From Thermodesulfovibrionales bacterium (lineage in GTDB: Bacteria; Nitrospirota; Thermodesulfovibrionia; Thermodesulfovibrionales; SM23-35), in contig CAVQRT010000033.1 of the NCBI GenBank assembly GCA_963715195.1, forward strand, positions 1-53,245: a stretch of DNA of 53,245 bases, given 5' to 3'. Under the pieces are notes generated by a model. The model did no database searches, was not told the origin of the DNA, and was given only the letters and a program-made list of their open reading frames with translations. Made by a program: the position numbers and the translations under genes. Below are positions 29,943 to 40,710 of this stretch, one piece after another (position 1 is the first letter of the stretch; each line of letters opens with the position of its first letter).

Positions 29943-31049
29943 GTGAAAAATATCCTTTTTTTGCTCCTGTCACTTTGCATCGTGTCCTTTGGTTGTCAAA
30001 AGAAAGGGGATGTCATTAAGATTGCTATTGCCGGGCCCATGACAGGCGATCAGGCAAAGATGGGCATGGATTTCAGGAACGGTGCAACACTTGCAGTTGA
30101 GGAATGGAACAGCAGGGGCGGAGTCCTCGGCAAAAAAATTGAGTTGATCGTCAGCGATGACCAGCATGATCCGAAACAGGCTGTTTCTCTTGCAAACAAA
30201 ATGGTCAATGAAGGGGCTGCAGGGGTTATCGGTCACTTCAACTCAAGCTGTTCCATACCCGCCTCCGACGTCTATAACAGGGCAGGGATTCCGATGATTA
30301 CCCCCGGTTCAACAAATCCGCAGCTTACAGAGAAAGGATACAGAAATGTATTCAGGGTATGCGGCAGGGATGACCAGCAGGGAAAGGTCGGAGCAGAATT
30401 TGTTTCGCGAAACCTCCAATTGAAGCGCGTTGCTGTTCTCCACGACAAAACGACGTACGGGCAGGGTCTTGCTGATGAGTTCAAAAGATTCCTCGCGGAA
30501 GGAGTTGAGGTAGTCTATTACGAAGGCATCGTACAGGGCGACAAGGACTTCAAAATGATTCTGACGGCAGTGAAAAACAGGAATCCTGAGCTCATCTTTT
30601 TCGGCGGTATCTATCCCGAGGCGGGCCTTCTGGTAAAACAGGCAAAAGAACTTGGCCTCAATGCGCCGTTCATGAGCGGCGACGGAACGATAGACCCGAA
30701 ATTCATCGAAATTGCAGGCCCGCAGGCAGCAGAAGGCACTTTTCTTACCTTCAGTCCTGATCCGAACAATATTCCGACCGCAAGAACTTTCATAGAACAC
30801 TACCGTGCCCGATTCGGGGAACTCGGGCCATATTCCATCTATGCATATGATGCAACGAATCTTCTCCTGACTGCAATCAGAGAGGCGCAGAGTACCGAAG
30901 GGGAGCAGATTATTGATAGGTTGCATTCGCTGGAATTCGATGCTGCCCTCGGAAAGATTACGTTTGATGCACGAGGGGATGTAACTGTTTCACCTTACGT
31001 TGTGTGGATTACACGGGACGGAAAATTCGTAGAACACTGGAAACCGTAA
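29943..31049 (+). CDS. Branched-chain amino acid ABC transporter substrate-binding lipoprotein (LivJ/K family)
   Basis: Lipobox SFGC, GHFNSSCSIPAS and DKTTYGQGLA. Confidence 0.9.
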   Translation: MKNILFLLLSLCIVSFGCQKKGDVIKIAIAGPMTGDQAKMGMDFRNGATLAVEEWNSRGGVLGKKIELIVSDDQHDPKQAVSLANKMVNEGAAGVIGHFNSSCSIPASDVYNRAGIPMITPGSTNPQLTEKGYRNVFRVCGRDDQQGKVGAEFVSRNLQLKRVAVLHDKTTYGQGLADEFKRFLAEGVEVVYYEGIVQGDKDFKMILTAVKNRNPELIFFGGIYPEAGLLVKQAKELGLNAPFMSGDGTIDPKFIEIAGPQAAEGTFLTFSPDPNNIPTARTFIEHYRARFGELGPYSIYAYDATNLLLTAIREAQSTEGEQIIDRLHSLEFDAALGKITFDARGDVTVSPYVVWITRDGKFVEHWKP

Positions 31050-31146
31050 TTGTAAATGACCAATAACCAAATTGCAAAATACAAACATTCTGCATAATTT
31101 GGATTTTGGCTTTCATTTGATGTTTGGTTATTGATGTTTGGAATTT
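31050..31146. repeat. Degenerate ~7-nt-periodic inverted repeat element
   Basis: CAATAACCAAA (31061-31071) pairs with TTTGGTTATTG (31123-31133). Left half is A-rich (CAAA units), right half T-rich (TTTGG units). Confidence 0.55.
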
Positions 31147-31152
31147 GTAGGG

Positions 31153-31668
31153 ATGGATATCTTAAAAGCAGTCAGAGAACGGAGAAGCGTCCGGAACTTT
31201 CAGAAGAAGAAAATTCCTGATGATCTTATGATCAAGCTGATACAAGCCCTGATATGGGCGCCGAGTGCCGGCAATCTCCAGTCACGAAAATTCTATTTCG
31301 TCAAGAATGAGAGAATAAGGAAATTGCTCGCCCGGGCAGCCTTACATCAGGACTTTATTGGAGAGGCACCGCTTGTCATCGTCGGCTGTTCAGACAGCCG
31401 TATTGCAAATAAATATGGCACTCGCGGAGTGGATTTATATACCATTCAGGATGTAGCACTCAGCATCATGGGGATGATGCTCGTTGCACATGAAAACAGC
31501 CTCGGCTCTACATGGGTCGGCGCTTTTCATGAGGGTGAAGTTATCAGGATATTGCGTTTACCGAAACATCTGAGGCCGGTCGCCTTAGTTCCTGTTGGTT
31601 ATCCGTCAAAAATTCCTTCCCCTCCTCCGAGGGTGTCAACAAAAGAAGCAGTGGAGGTTATTGAATGA
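31153..31668 (+). CDS. Nitroreductase family protein
   Basis: RRSVRNF, APSAGNLQ, LGSTWVGAF and VGYP. Confidence 0.92.
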   Translation: MDILKAVRERRSVRNFQKKKIPDDLMIKLIQALIWAPSAGNLQSRKFYFVKNERIRKLLARAALHQDFIGEAPLVIVGCSDSRIANKYGTRGVDLYTIQDVALSIMGMMLVAHENSLGSTWVGAFHEGEVIRILRLPKHLRPVALVPVGYPSKIPSPPPRVSTKEAVEVIE

Positions 31669-32744
31669 AAATCGCTGTCAATACAGGCGGAGGTGATGCT
31701 CCCGGGCTCAATGCCGTCATCCGGAGTGTTGTCCTTGCTGCCAGACAGAAAGGCTGGGATGTTTACGGAATCAAATACGGGTACCGGGGTCTCATCGATA
31801 CAAAGCATATCATCCGGTTGACTCCCGAAGATGTCTGGGATATTACGAACATTGGAGGAACAATCCTCGGGACGGCAATCAAAGGCAATCCATTTGATTT
31901 CACGGTTGCCAAACCGGACGGCACTTTTGCCGAGACCGACATATCAGATACCATCATGTCGAACTTTCACGCACTCGGTTTCGATGCGCTCATCGCCATC
32001 GGGGGTGACGGCAGCCTCCGCATTGCAAACCGGTTTTTCAAGAAGGGAATGCCGATCATCGGCGTTCCGAAAACCATTGACAATGACATCAACGCTACCG
32101 ATGTTACTTTTGGATTCGATACCGCAGTCAATACTGCAACTGAAGCCATAGACAAACTGCATACAACGGCAAAATCTCATGACCGGGTTATGGTCGTTGA
32201 GGTTATGGGGAGGTACGTGGGTTGGATTGCACTGCACTCCGGTATATCGGGCTCAGCCGATGTCATCTTGATTCCTGAAATACCATTCGATCTGGAAAGA
32301 GTCTGCAAGAAAATCAGGCAGCTGGCCCTCATTGGCCAGGACTACGCGATTGTTGTGGTAGCTGAAGGGGCGAAACAGATCGGCGGTGAAATCACAGTCA
32401 TAGAAAAGGCCGGCATGGGCTCCGAAGCACGACTCGGGGGAATCGGAAGAAAAGTTGCAGACGCAATCGGCAAAATCACCGGCAAGGAAACACGGCATAT
32501 CGTTTTGGGACATCTTCAGAGAGGAGGAGCGCCGACGACTTTCGACAGGCTTCTCGCGCTGAGATTCGGTGCCGCAGCAGTGAGGTTTGCTGAGGCCGGG
32601 AAATTCGGCACTATGGCTGCATTGCACTCAGCCGAAATCGTCTCGGTGCCGATCGAGGAAGCTGTCAGCCGGATGAAATCAATCTCGCCCGACTCGGATA
32701 TCATCATCACAGCCCGTTCCCTGGGAATCTGCTTCGGGGATTAA
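31665..32744 (+). CDS. pfkA: 6-phosphofructokinase (likely ATP-dependent)
   Basis: TGGGDAPGLN, GGDGS, PKTIDND, EVMGR and LGHLQRGG. Confidence 0.92.
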   Translation: MKIAVNTGGGDAPGLNAVIRSVVLAARQKGWDVYGIKYGYRGLIDTKHIIRLTPEDVWDITNIGGTILGTAIKGNPFDFTVAKPDGTFAETDISDTIMSNFHALGFDALIAIGGDGSLRIANRFFKKGMPIIGVPKTIDNDINATDVTFGFDTAVNTATEAIDKLHTTAKSHDRVMVVEVMGRYVGWIALHSGISGSADVILIPEIPFDLERVCKKIRQLALIGQDYAIVVVAEGAKQIGGEITVIEKAGMGSEARLGGIGRKVADAIGKITGKETRHIVLGHLQRGGAPTTFDRLLALRFGAAAVRFAEAGKFGTMAALHSAEIVSVPIEEAVSRMKSISPDSDIIITARSLGICFGD

Positions 32745-32778
32745 GCCGTAGCGAACGCTGTCCCATCTGAGATAACTT

Positions 32779-33735
32779 TTAGGATCTTTGAGAAATTATT
32801 TCATCACCGATATTCATCTCTTCAATTTTATCAACCATATCCTTTGGCAAGGGTGTTGAGAATTCCAGATACTCACCGAAGACGGGATGGATAAACCCCA
32901 GCAGTTCTGCATGCAGCATCTGGCGAAGGAAGAGGATTTTTCTTCCCCCCTTGATTTCAAGTGTTGTCTTCTTCCCGTAGGTCCTGTCCCCAAGCACAGG
33001 ATGTCCTGTTGATGCAAAATGCACTCTGATCTGATGCGTCCGGCCGGTGCCGAGTTTTACCCTTATCAAAGTCGCGTTATCGAATCTCCTGATCACCGTC
33101 CATTCAGTAACCGCTTCTTTTCCTCTCTTCGAGCGGGTTGACATTTTTTTCCTGTCCGATTCTGAACGGCCTATCTTCAGGACTATCCGGCCTTCATTTC
33201 CCGGCAAATGACCATGGACCAGCGCAGCATATTTCCTGTTGATACTTCTCTCTTTAAACTGTCCGGCAAGGCTGTAATAAGCGTTGTCATTCAGGGCAAC
33301 AACCATCACTCCTGACGTATCCTTATCAAGCCTGTGCACGATGCCCGGCCTGAGGGGGCCTCCCACAGATGCAAGCTGGTCGCAGGCATAGGAGAGAGCA
33401 TTCATCAGTGTGCCATGGCCGTGACCGGCGGAAGGGTATACAACCATGCCTGACGGCTTATTTACTACAATGAGATGATCATCCTGGTGAAGGATATCAA
33501 CCGGAATCGGCTCAGGGATAAGCTCTTCGTTTTTCTTCTCGGCCAACCTGATGGTGATAATATCCTGTATTTTTATCCGGTAATGCTGGTTTGCCGGTCT
33601 TTCGTTAACGAGGATATCGCTGTTCTGAATCAGTTTCTGAATCTGTGAACGGGTAATGCCGGTTTTTTTCGCGAGAAAGGTGTCTATTCTCTCACCGGAT
33701 TCTGCGGGCTGAATGACAATTTTCTCCTGGGCCAT
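32779..33735 (-). CDS. rluD: RluA-family (RluD-like) pseudouridine synthase
   Basis: S4 domain, VHRLDKDTSG, TGRTHQIRVH and QMLHA. Confidence 0.9.
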   Translation of the reverse strand: MAQEKIVIQPAESGERIDTFLAKKTGITRSQIQKLIQNSDILVNERPANQHYRIKIQDIITIRLAEKKNEELIPEPIPVDILHQDDHLIVVNKPSGMVVYPSAGHGHGTLMNALSYACDQLASVGGPLRPGIVHRLDKDTSGVMVVALNDNAYYSLAGQFKERSINRKYAALVHGHLPGNEGRIVLKIGRSESDRKKMSTRSKRGKEAVTEWTVIRRFDNATLIRVKLGTGRTHQIRVHFASTGHPVLGDRTYGKKTTLEIKGGRKILFLRQMLHAELLGFIHPVFGEYLEFSTPLPKDMVDKIEEMNIGDEIISQRS

Positions 33736-34011
33736 GATTGATTTTACCTGATCAGGAAAATCATTGTCGAAGGAGACCGCCTCAGGAAGACGCTCGCTCT
33801 CTGACTGGAAAACTAACAGTTGGAGGCCAAAACTGCAAATCTATCAGTGTTTGCCCCTGCTAAGTGTTAAGAACCCTGCGCCAAGAGCACAGGGAGTTCT
33901 TGCTTGTTCCTTAAAATAAACTGTATTTTACAAAGAGTTATAAATTGGTCTTGCAATTTTTCAGAAAATCGAGTTTGATAATAGCTGAAGACCGCAAGAA
34001 GAGAAGACCAT

Positions 34012-34041
34012 AAAAAAGGCTGGAGAGATCATCCCCAGCCT
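34012..34041 (-). terminator. Intrinsic terminator after the Lys-rich microprotein gene
   Basis: Minus strand AGGCTGGGGA-TGATC-TCTCCAGCCT followed by a T run. Confidence 0.65.
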
Positions 34042-34070
34042 AAAATAAAAAAACATCTGTTGAGGGAAAC

Positions 34071-34169
34071 TTATTTCTTCTTTTTTGCGGTCTTCTTTTT
34101 TGCAGTCTTCTTTGTTGCAGTTTTCTTCGTGGCTGCTTTTTTCGTTGTGGCTTTCTTCTTTACTGGCAT
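34071..34169 (-). CDS. 32-aa Lys/Ala/Thr-rich histone-H1-like microprotein (not in the ORF track)
   Basis: MPVKKKATTKKAATKKTATKKTAKKKTAKKKK. SD GGGAGGTG, promoter TTGACA-17-TATTAT (34224-34252) and its own terminator. Confidence 0.75.
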   Translation of the reverse strand: MPVKKKATTKKAATKKTATKKTAKKKTAKKKK

Positions 34170-34527
34170 GAACTCTTTCACCTCCCTTTCTTTGTATAGA
34201 TTTAAAAATACAACACTAAGAAAATAATATGTGAATACTGCGCATATGTCAACAAAAATTACTGTTTATATTCAGAGAACGATCGTTTATCAAATAGAAA
34301 CGTTTGTTGAAATTCAGGCATTGATATCGTGCAGCTCCGGTATGCGATGGTTCCTGCGGTGCAACAGGGATGAAGGGCACGGTATCTTTCCGGGATAGAT
34401 TCACACCGGTTGTCGGCTATGCCGGGACGGGTGATGTCATACAGGTGATTGTTGATTGACAGCGAAAGAGTAAAGTATACTGTTGCATCATGTTCATTTG
34501 TTGAAATATTTTTTGAAAGGAGCCGGC

Positions 34528-35079
34528 ATGGAAAAATTCTTCCCTGATAGGAACAATACTGCCTTACTGATCATTGATATTCAGGAGAGGCTCGCAACGG
34601 TCATGAAAATGAAAGACGCCGTTATCAATAATTGCCTTCATCTGATCGAACTCTCTAAAATGCTTTCTATCCCGATTGTTGTGACCGAACAGTATTCAAA
34701 AGGTCTCGGACATACGGTTGAACCATTGCGGAATGCACTGCCCGATTACCGGCCGGTCGAGAAGCTGACGTTCAGTTGCTGCGATGAACCATCATTCCTT
34801 GATGCCATCAGAACACTGAATAAAAAAACCCTTATCGTGACCGGCATGGAAACCCATATCTGCATTCTTCAGACGAGTATCGGCCTCCTTCGGGAAGGGT
34901 TCAATGTCCATCTTGTCAAGGATGCGGTCTGCTCAAGGACCAAAGAGAACTGGAAAGTTTCCTGCGAATTTATCCGTAATGCAGGGGGTATTGTCACCTG
35001 CACGGAAACAGTGCTGTTCCAGCTTCTAAAAGTTGCCGGTACGGAGGAGTTCAAAACAATCTCAAAAAGGATCAGATAA
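34528..35079 (+). CDS. Isochorismatase-like cysteine hydrolase (YcaC-related)
   Basis: IIDIQERL, TEQY, KLTFSC, GMETHICILQT and DAVCSR. Confidence 0.9.
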   Translation: MEKFFPDRNNTALLIIDIQERLATVMKMKDAVINNCLHLIELSKMLSIPIVVTEQYSKGLGHTVEPLRNALPDYRPVEKLTFSCCDEPSFLDAIRTLNKKTLIVTGMETHICILQTSIGLLREGFNVHLVKDAVCSRTKENWKVSCEFIRNAGGIVTCTETVLFQLLKVAGTEEFKTISKRIR

Positions 35080-35085
35080 TATCCT

Positions 35086-35316
35086 ATGAACGGTGAATGG
35101 GTTCAACTTCTGATCACTTTTGACCCTCTTGAGGCAGAGATGATAAAAGACCTGCTTGAAAGCGGCGGCATCCCTGTAGTGTTGCGGTCATCCAAGGTAA
35201 GTCCCTATCCCGTTAATATTGGAAAAATTGGAGAGATTAAGGTTCTGGTGAAAAAAGAAGATCAGGAAGCAGCGGAAGAATTTTTACGGGAGGATTCGCA
35301 TTCGACCGGTTCCTGA
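35086..35316 (+). CDS. DUF2007-like (PII-like fold) small protein
   Basis: EAEMIKDLLESGGIP...IKVLVKKEDQEAA. Confidence 0.75.
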   Translation: MNGEWVQLLITFDPLEAEMIKDLLESGGIPVVLRSSKVSPYPVNIGKIGEIKVLVKKEDQEAAEEFLREDSHSTGS

Positions 35317-35410
35317 ACCGTAAATCATATTCTTAACCTTAACGGCACATACTGACTGCAAGACTTCATCGACAGGGGAAAAAAGCAATGGTTAATCAGT
35401 TGCAGGAATT

Positions 35411-36838
35411 TCAGAAGCCTTTGACGGCTGCCTTCGCAAACTCGACAAGTGCTGTCGGGAAAACACCAATAATAAGCACTGCTGCAGTCGTTACTGCAAG
35501 CACAACACCGCTCGAAAACGATGTGGTGAGTGTTACCGTCGTCTTCGGATCCCGCATGTACATGTACATGACGATCCTCAGGTAGAAGTATGCAGATATT
35601 GCGCTGAAGAGAACGGCTACAATAACAAGCCAGGTATACCCTGCATTGATCGCTGCCATGAAGATGTATAATTTCCCGATGAATCCGGCAGTCGGAGGAA
35701 TTCCGGTAAGGGAGAACATGAAAATAAGCATGAGCGCTGCAGCCAGCGGATGGGTCTTTGCAAGCCCTTCATAATCGTATATGCTGTCTCCCCTGAAGCC
35801 CTCACTCCTGAGCATGACAATGACCGCAAACGCCCCGATGTTCATGAATGCGTAAATCATCAGGTAATTCATCATGCTTGCAAGCCCTTCATTGTTTGCA
35901 ACAATAATACCCAGCAGTGCATATCCTGCATGAGCAATCGATGAGTATGCAAGCATTCTCTTGATATTGGTTTGGGAGAGCGCAACAATATTTCCGACCG
36001 CCATGGTGAGGATCGAGAGTGGAATCAGGATGGCAACCCAGTCAACCTTAACCGATGCAAATGCCACGAGGAAGACTCTTCCGAGAACCGCAAACCCTGC
36101 TGCTTTCGGGCCCACGGACATAAAGGCGGTAATAGAAGTAGGCGCACCTTCATAAACGTCTGGTGCCCACATATGGAACGGTGCTGCGGCAATTTTGAAT
36201 CCGAACGCTACCGTCAGGAAGATGACCGAGAGGAGGAGAGACAAATTATCAGAGAGTCCTCTTTCACCAATGAAAGAGGCGATCGCCTTCAGATCGGTAG
36301 TACCGGTCAGGCCGTATACCAGTGAAATGCCATAAAGCAGGAAGCCTGATGAGAATGCCCCCAGCAGAAAATATTTCATGGCTGCTTCATTCGATTTTAC
36401 ATCCTGTCTGATAAAACCGGCAAGGATATAGGTGCTGAGGGCCATCAGCTCGAGACCGAGATACAGAACGATCAGATCTCCGGCAGACGCCATAATCATC
36501 ATCCCGATCGTCGAAAAGAGGATCAGGCCGTAGTATTCACCGTAATTCACCCGTTCGACTGAAATATATTTTATGGATATCAGAATGGTCAAAATCACAT
36601 TGATGAAAAAAATGAGTTTAAAAAATGTACTGTAGCCGTCAGAAATAAACATCGTCCCGAAGGTTTCACCGCGCGGTCCGAGGAGCGATAATCCCACAAG
36701 AGCAACTCCCGCCATGCTGATAACCGCCATAACTTCCTTTTTTTTCACAAAAAGGTCGACCAGAATGACAATGAGAGCCAGAGCCGTCATCATGAGTTCG
36801 GGCCTCATCGGGATAAGATCAGGGAGCTGGAAATTCAT
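35411..36838 (-). CDS. nuoN: NADH-quinone oxidoreductase subunit N
   Basis: EAAMKYF, FKIAAAPFHMWAPDVYEGAP and KRMLAYSSIAH. Confidence 0.95.
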   Translation of the reverse strand: MNFQLPDLIPMRPELMMTALALIVILVDLFVKKKEVMAVISMAGVALVGLSLLGPRGETFGTMFISDGYSTFFKLIFFINVILTILISIKYISVERVNYGEYYGLILFSTIGMMIMASAGDLIVLYLGLELMALSTYILAGFIRQDVKSNEAAMKYFLLGAFSSGFLLYGISLVYGLTGTTDLKAIASFIGERGLSDNLSLLLSVIFLTVAFGFKIAAAPFHMWAPDVYEGAPTSITAFMSVGPKAAGFAVLGRVFLVAFASVKVDWVAILIPLSILTMAVGNIVALSQTNIKRMLAYSSIAHAGYALLGIIVANNEGLASMMNYLMIYAFMNIGAFAVIVMLRSEGFRGDSIYDYEGLAKTHPLAAALMLIFMFSLTGIPPTAGFIGKLYIFMAAINAGYTWLVIVAVLFSAISAYFYLRIVMYMYMRDPKTTVTLTTSFSSGVVLAVTTAAVLIIGVFPTALVEFAKAAVKGF

Positions 36839-38376
36839 CGGATTACCTCCATGATGGCTTTTGCTGCAGCAGCCTCCTGCATACCGGCCGAAGAAACCCT
36901 CTCCAGAAGGTGCGCGACTGTAACGTGCATGAAGCTGAGGAATGCATTCGGATAAACCCCGATCCAGAGAACCAGGATGATAAGTGGGATAAGGGTAATA
37001 GCTTCCCTGATATCCATATCAGGCAGGCCAGCCACTTTTGGATTGACTTCCATGAAGAATATCCGCTGGTAGAGCCAGAGCATGTACCCTGCACCGATAA
37101 TAATTCCCGTGCTTGCAAGAACACCGGCGAGCTTGCTCTTGGTAAATCCTCCCAGAAGAATCAGGAATTCACCGATGAACCCGTTTGTAGCCGGAAGCCC
37201 TACGGCTGCGAGCGTAAATACCATAAAGAATGCAGCATAGATAGGCATAACGGTAGCCAGCCCTCCATAGTCTGCGATCTTCCTTGTATGGGTCCTGTCA
37301 TACACGATACCGACAGACAGGAAGAGCGCACCGGTAACAATACCATGATTGATCATCTGGAGAATTCCGCCCTCCAGCCCCTGGGTGTTCAGGGCAAAAA
37401 TTCCGAGTGTCACAAATCCCATGTGACTTACGGAACTATATGCGATAAGTCTCTTCAGGTCAGTTTGAGCAAGGCATATGACCGCGCCGTAAATAATCGC
37501 TATGACCGAGAGCGTTAACATGACAGGGGTCATTGCCTTTGCTGCTTCGGGGAAGAGCGGGAGGGAAAATCTCAGAAAACCGTAAGCGCCCATCTTGATG
37601 AGAATTGCTGCAAGGATAACACTACCTGCTGTCGGGGCTTCGGTATGTGCGTCAGGAAGCCAGGTATGGACAGGCCACATCGGGACTTTCACAGCAAATG
37701 CGGCAAAGAACGCCCAGAAGAGCCACATTTGCATGGTGTAGGGATACGACCTTGTCATTAAATCAAGGATGTTAAAGGTCTTGCCTGCATAAAAGTAGAG
37801 GACGATGATGCCGACAAGCATGAGAACGCTTCCGACTAACGTGTAGAGGAAGAACTTGATCGCTGCATAAATCCTGTTCGGCCCACCCCAGACACCGATA
37901 ATGAGGAACATGGGTATAAGCATTGCTTCCCAGAAAAGATAGAAGAGGAAAAAGTCCAAAGAACAGAAAACGCCGATCATGAATGATGTCGTCAGCAGGA
38001 TCGCAATATAAAATTCTTTCACCTTCTTCGTAATCGATTCCCATGAGATGAGGACGCACAGTATCGCAGTGAGTGTTGAGAGGAGGACAAGCAAGATGCT
38101 GATGCCGTCCACCCCGATGAAATAATTGATATTCCAGTTGGGGATCCAGCTATGTAGCTCGGCATACTGCATTTTATGCGTTGTTTTGTCGAATTCCGTG
38201 AAAAGGGGAATCGATAGAAGGAATGTCGCGATGCTTGTCGCCAAAGCAATAGATTTGGTGAGGAGTTCCCATGACCTTCTCAGAATAAGGATGAGGAGGG
38301 CACCGAGCACAGGCAGAAATATGAGTGTGCTCAGAATCGGATAATTCAACTGGTTCATGATTACCTGATGTTCCAT
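36835..38376 (-). CDS. nuoM: NADH-quinone oxidoreductase subunit M
   Basis: FWEAMLIP, VKVPMWPVHTWLPDAHTEAP and KRLIAYSSVSH. Confidence 0.95.
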   Translation of the reverse strand: MEHQVIMNQLNYPILSTLIFLPVLGALLILILRRSWELLTKSIALATSIATFLLSIPLFTEFDKTTHKMQYAELHSWIPNWNINYFIGVDGISILLVLLSTLTAILCVLISWESITKKVKEFYIAILLTTSFMIGVFCSLDFFLFYLFWEAMLIPMFLIIGVWGGPNRIYAAIKFFLYTLVGSVLMLVGIIVLYFYAGKTFNILDLMTRSYPYTMQMWLFWAFFAAFAVKVPMWPVHTWLPDAHTEAPTAGSVILAAILIKMGAYGFLRFSLPLFPEAAKAMTPVMLTLSVIAIIYGAVICLAQTDLKRLIAYSSVSHMGFVTLGIFALNTQGLEGGILQMINHGIVTGALFLSVGIVYDRTHTRKIADYGGLATVMPIYAAFFMVFTLAAVGLPATNGFIGEFLILLGGFTKSKLAGVLASTGIIIGAGYMLWLYQRIFFMEVNPKVAGLPDMDIREAITLIPLIILVLWIGVYPNAFLSFMHVTVAHLLERVSSAGMQEAAAAKAIMEVIR

Positions 38377-38383
38377 CGTTCTC

Positions 38384-40353
38384 CTATTTCAGCAACAATA
38401 CCAGCGCGATTATGAAAACCGCACCGGCAGCCATAAAGATTCCATAATGCTCCACCAGCCCTGTCTGAATCTTCCGCAAACTCTGGCTGAACCTTCCTAT
38501 CGCCCCCGGTACGCCGTTGACAATTCCTTCGATCATCTTTGCATCGGTGATCGCAACAAGAATGTTTTTTGCGATCCACATCGTCGGCTTTATAATGGTA
38601 TAGTCATATAATTCGTCGATGAAATATTTATTATAAAGGATGGTATATAACCCCTTGAATGCCTTTCCGATCTTTACCGGCAAATCTGTCGTCCGCAGGT
38701 AGAGAAATGCTGCAAGCCCTAATCCGATTAATGCCAATGTCGTCGAGAGGCCCATAACGCGCCACTCCTCTGCATGGGTCCCGTGAAATTCAGGATGTCC
38801 GACTACCGGTTTGAGGAAATGGGCAAAATGTGCCCCTCCTCCAAGTATGGGCGGAATGCCGAACCATCCTGCAGCGACGGCGCCGACCGCAAGGAGCATT
38901 AAGGGTATTGTCATAACCTTTGGTGATTCATGAAAATGGTGTTCTCCATGGTGAGAACCGTGTGCACCGTGATTTCCATGTCCCTCCTGATGAACTCCGC
39001 GGTGTTTTCCGTGGAAGGTGAGGAATATGAGCCTGAATGTATAAAATGGCGTAAAGAATGCACCTGCAAGTGCGAGAATCCAGACGAATGTTCCCACAGG
39101 GGTGTGCGCCGCATAGGCAGACCAGATAATCTCGTCCTTGCTGAAGAACCCGGAAAGCCCGGGGAACCCGCCGGCACTCAGTCCGCCAAGCACGAAGACT
39201 GCATAGGTAATCGGCATATATTTTTTGAGGCCACCCATCTCCTGGATATTGTTTGTATGCACGGCATGGATTACGCTTCCGGCAGAAAGGAAGAGAAGGG
39301 CCTTAAAGAATGCATGGGTATATAGATGGAATATGCCGGCAGCATAAGCACCAACACCACATGCGAGGAACATATATCCCAAATGACTGCAGGTGGAGTA
39401 TGCGATGATTCTCTTTATATCATTCTGAACAATGGCAATCGTTGCAGCAAAAAACATCGTTAAGGCACCGATCACCGCTACGACATTCATTGCCACCTCG
39501 GAGAGGTCAAAGATCGGGCTGCAACGAGCAACGAGGAATACACCTGCGGTAACCATGGTTGCGGCATGAATCAAGGCGCTCACCGGGGTAGGACCCTCCA
39601 TTGCGTCAGGGAGCCAGACATGCAACGGGATCTGGGCCGATTTTCCGACTGCCCCGCAGAAAAGAAGGAGCGCAATAAGGGTCGGAAGGTCAACATTCCA
39701 CCCCAGGAAATTTACCCTTTGACCGATCATCATAGAGACGTTGGAGAAGACTTCAGAATAATGGAGGGTGCCAAAGGTTAAGAAGATCATGAAAACGCCG
39801 ATGCCAAATCCGAAATCTCCGAACCGGTTGACGATAAATGCCTTCTTGCCGGCATCAGCTGCTGATTTCTTGTTGAAGTAATATCCGATGAGGAAATAAG
39901 AACAGAGCCCGACGCCTTCCCATCCGAAGTAGAGCTGGAGGAAATTATTCCCCATGACCAGCATAAGCATACAGAAGGTAAAGAGGTTCAGGTACGCGAA
40001 GAACCTGTAGTAACCCGTATCGCCGTGCATATATCCGATTGCATAAATATGAATGAGAGTGGCGCACGTTGTGACAACCATGAGCATGACCGCGGTCAGC
40101 GGATCGATGAGGAATCCGACAGAAACCTTGAAGGTCCCGGACACGATCCATGAATAGAGGTCCGCATTAATTACGTTTCCCGCCAAGACATCCCGACAGG
40201 GCAAAGAGTGAGCACACCCAGGATCCTGCAACAGCAAGAACTGCAGGCCAGTGAGCATTAGACTCGGGTCACTTCTTTTCCGATCAGAATATTGATGATA
40301 AAAGCCGCCAGCGGCAGAAACGGTATCAAGATATGGTAGAATTGCAGTTCCAT
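38384..40353 (-). CDS. nuoL: NADH-quinone oxidoreductase subunit L (N-terminal frameshifts near 40260 and 40195)
   Basis: WEGVGLCS and GKSAQIPLHVWLPDAMEGPTPVSALIH. The true N-terminus MELQFYHILIPFLPLAAF starts at 40353 in another frame. Confidence 0.92.
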
Positions 40354-40407
40354 GTTAACGCATCCCTATATAGTATTCCACTGCTAAAGCTTCATCTTTC
40401 CTTGGCA

Positions 40408-40710
40408 TCATCCGTGCATCTCCTTCACATCATCCACGTGGGATGTCGCCTTGTTTCTGAATAAGGCAATGACAATCGCAAGTCCGATCGCGGCTTCGGC
40501 AGCAGCAACAGCTATCACGAAGAACGCCAGGATCTGACCTCTCAGGTCCTGAAGGTAATGACTCATGGCGATGAGATTAATGTTGACCGCGTTCAGCATC
40601 AACTCAATGGACATGAACATGAGGATGATATTCCTCCTCGACAGGAATCCAAAGACTCCGATCGAAAAGACAATGATGCTGAGCACCATATACCAGCTTA
40701 ACGGAACCAT
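40408..40710 (-). CDS. nuoK: NADH-quinone oxidoreductase subunit K
   Basis: SIELMLNAVN and AAAEAAIGLA. Confidence 0.96.
   Translation of the reverse strand: MVPLSWYMVLSIIVFSIGVFGFLSRRNIILMFMSIELMLNAVNINLIAMSHYLQDLRGQILAFFVIAVAAAEAAIGLAIVIALFRNKATSHVDDVKEMHG

Noticed and set aside
33770..33905. Riboswitch or ncRNA upstream of rluD
   Set aside because: Hairpins are present (e.g. GAACCCTG...CAGGGAGTTC), but I could not match a known aptamer consensus. A cmsearch run would be needed.
34071..34169. Tandem repeat or CRISPR-like array
   Set aside because: The periodicity is explained by Lys/Thr/Ala codon repeats. No repeat-spacer arrays or cas genes were seen in the window.
38925..39010. His-rich loop in NuoL as a novelty
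   Set aside because: His-rich loops at this position are common in NuoL.
35411..40353. Complex I variant with a duplicated NuoM
   Set aside because: Only one nuoM is present between nuoL and nuoN.
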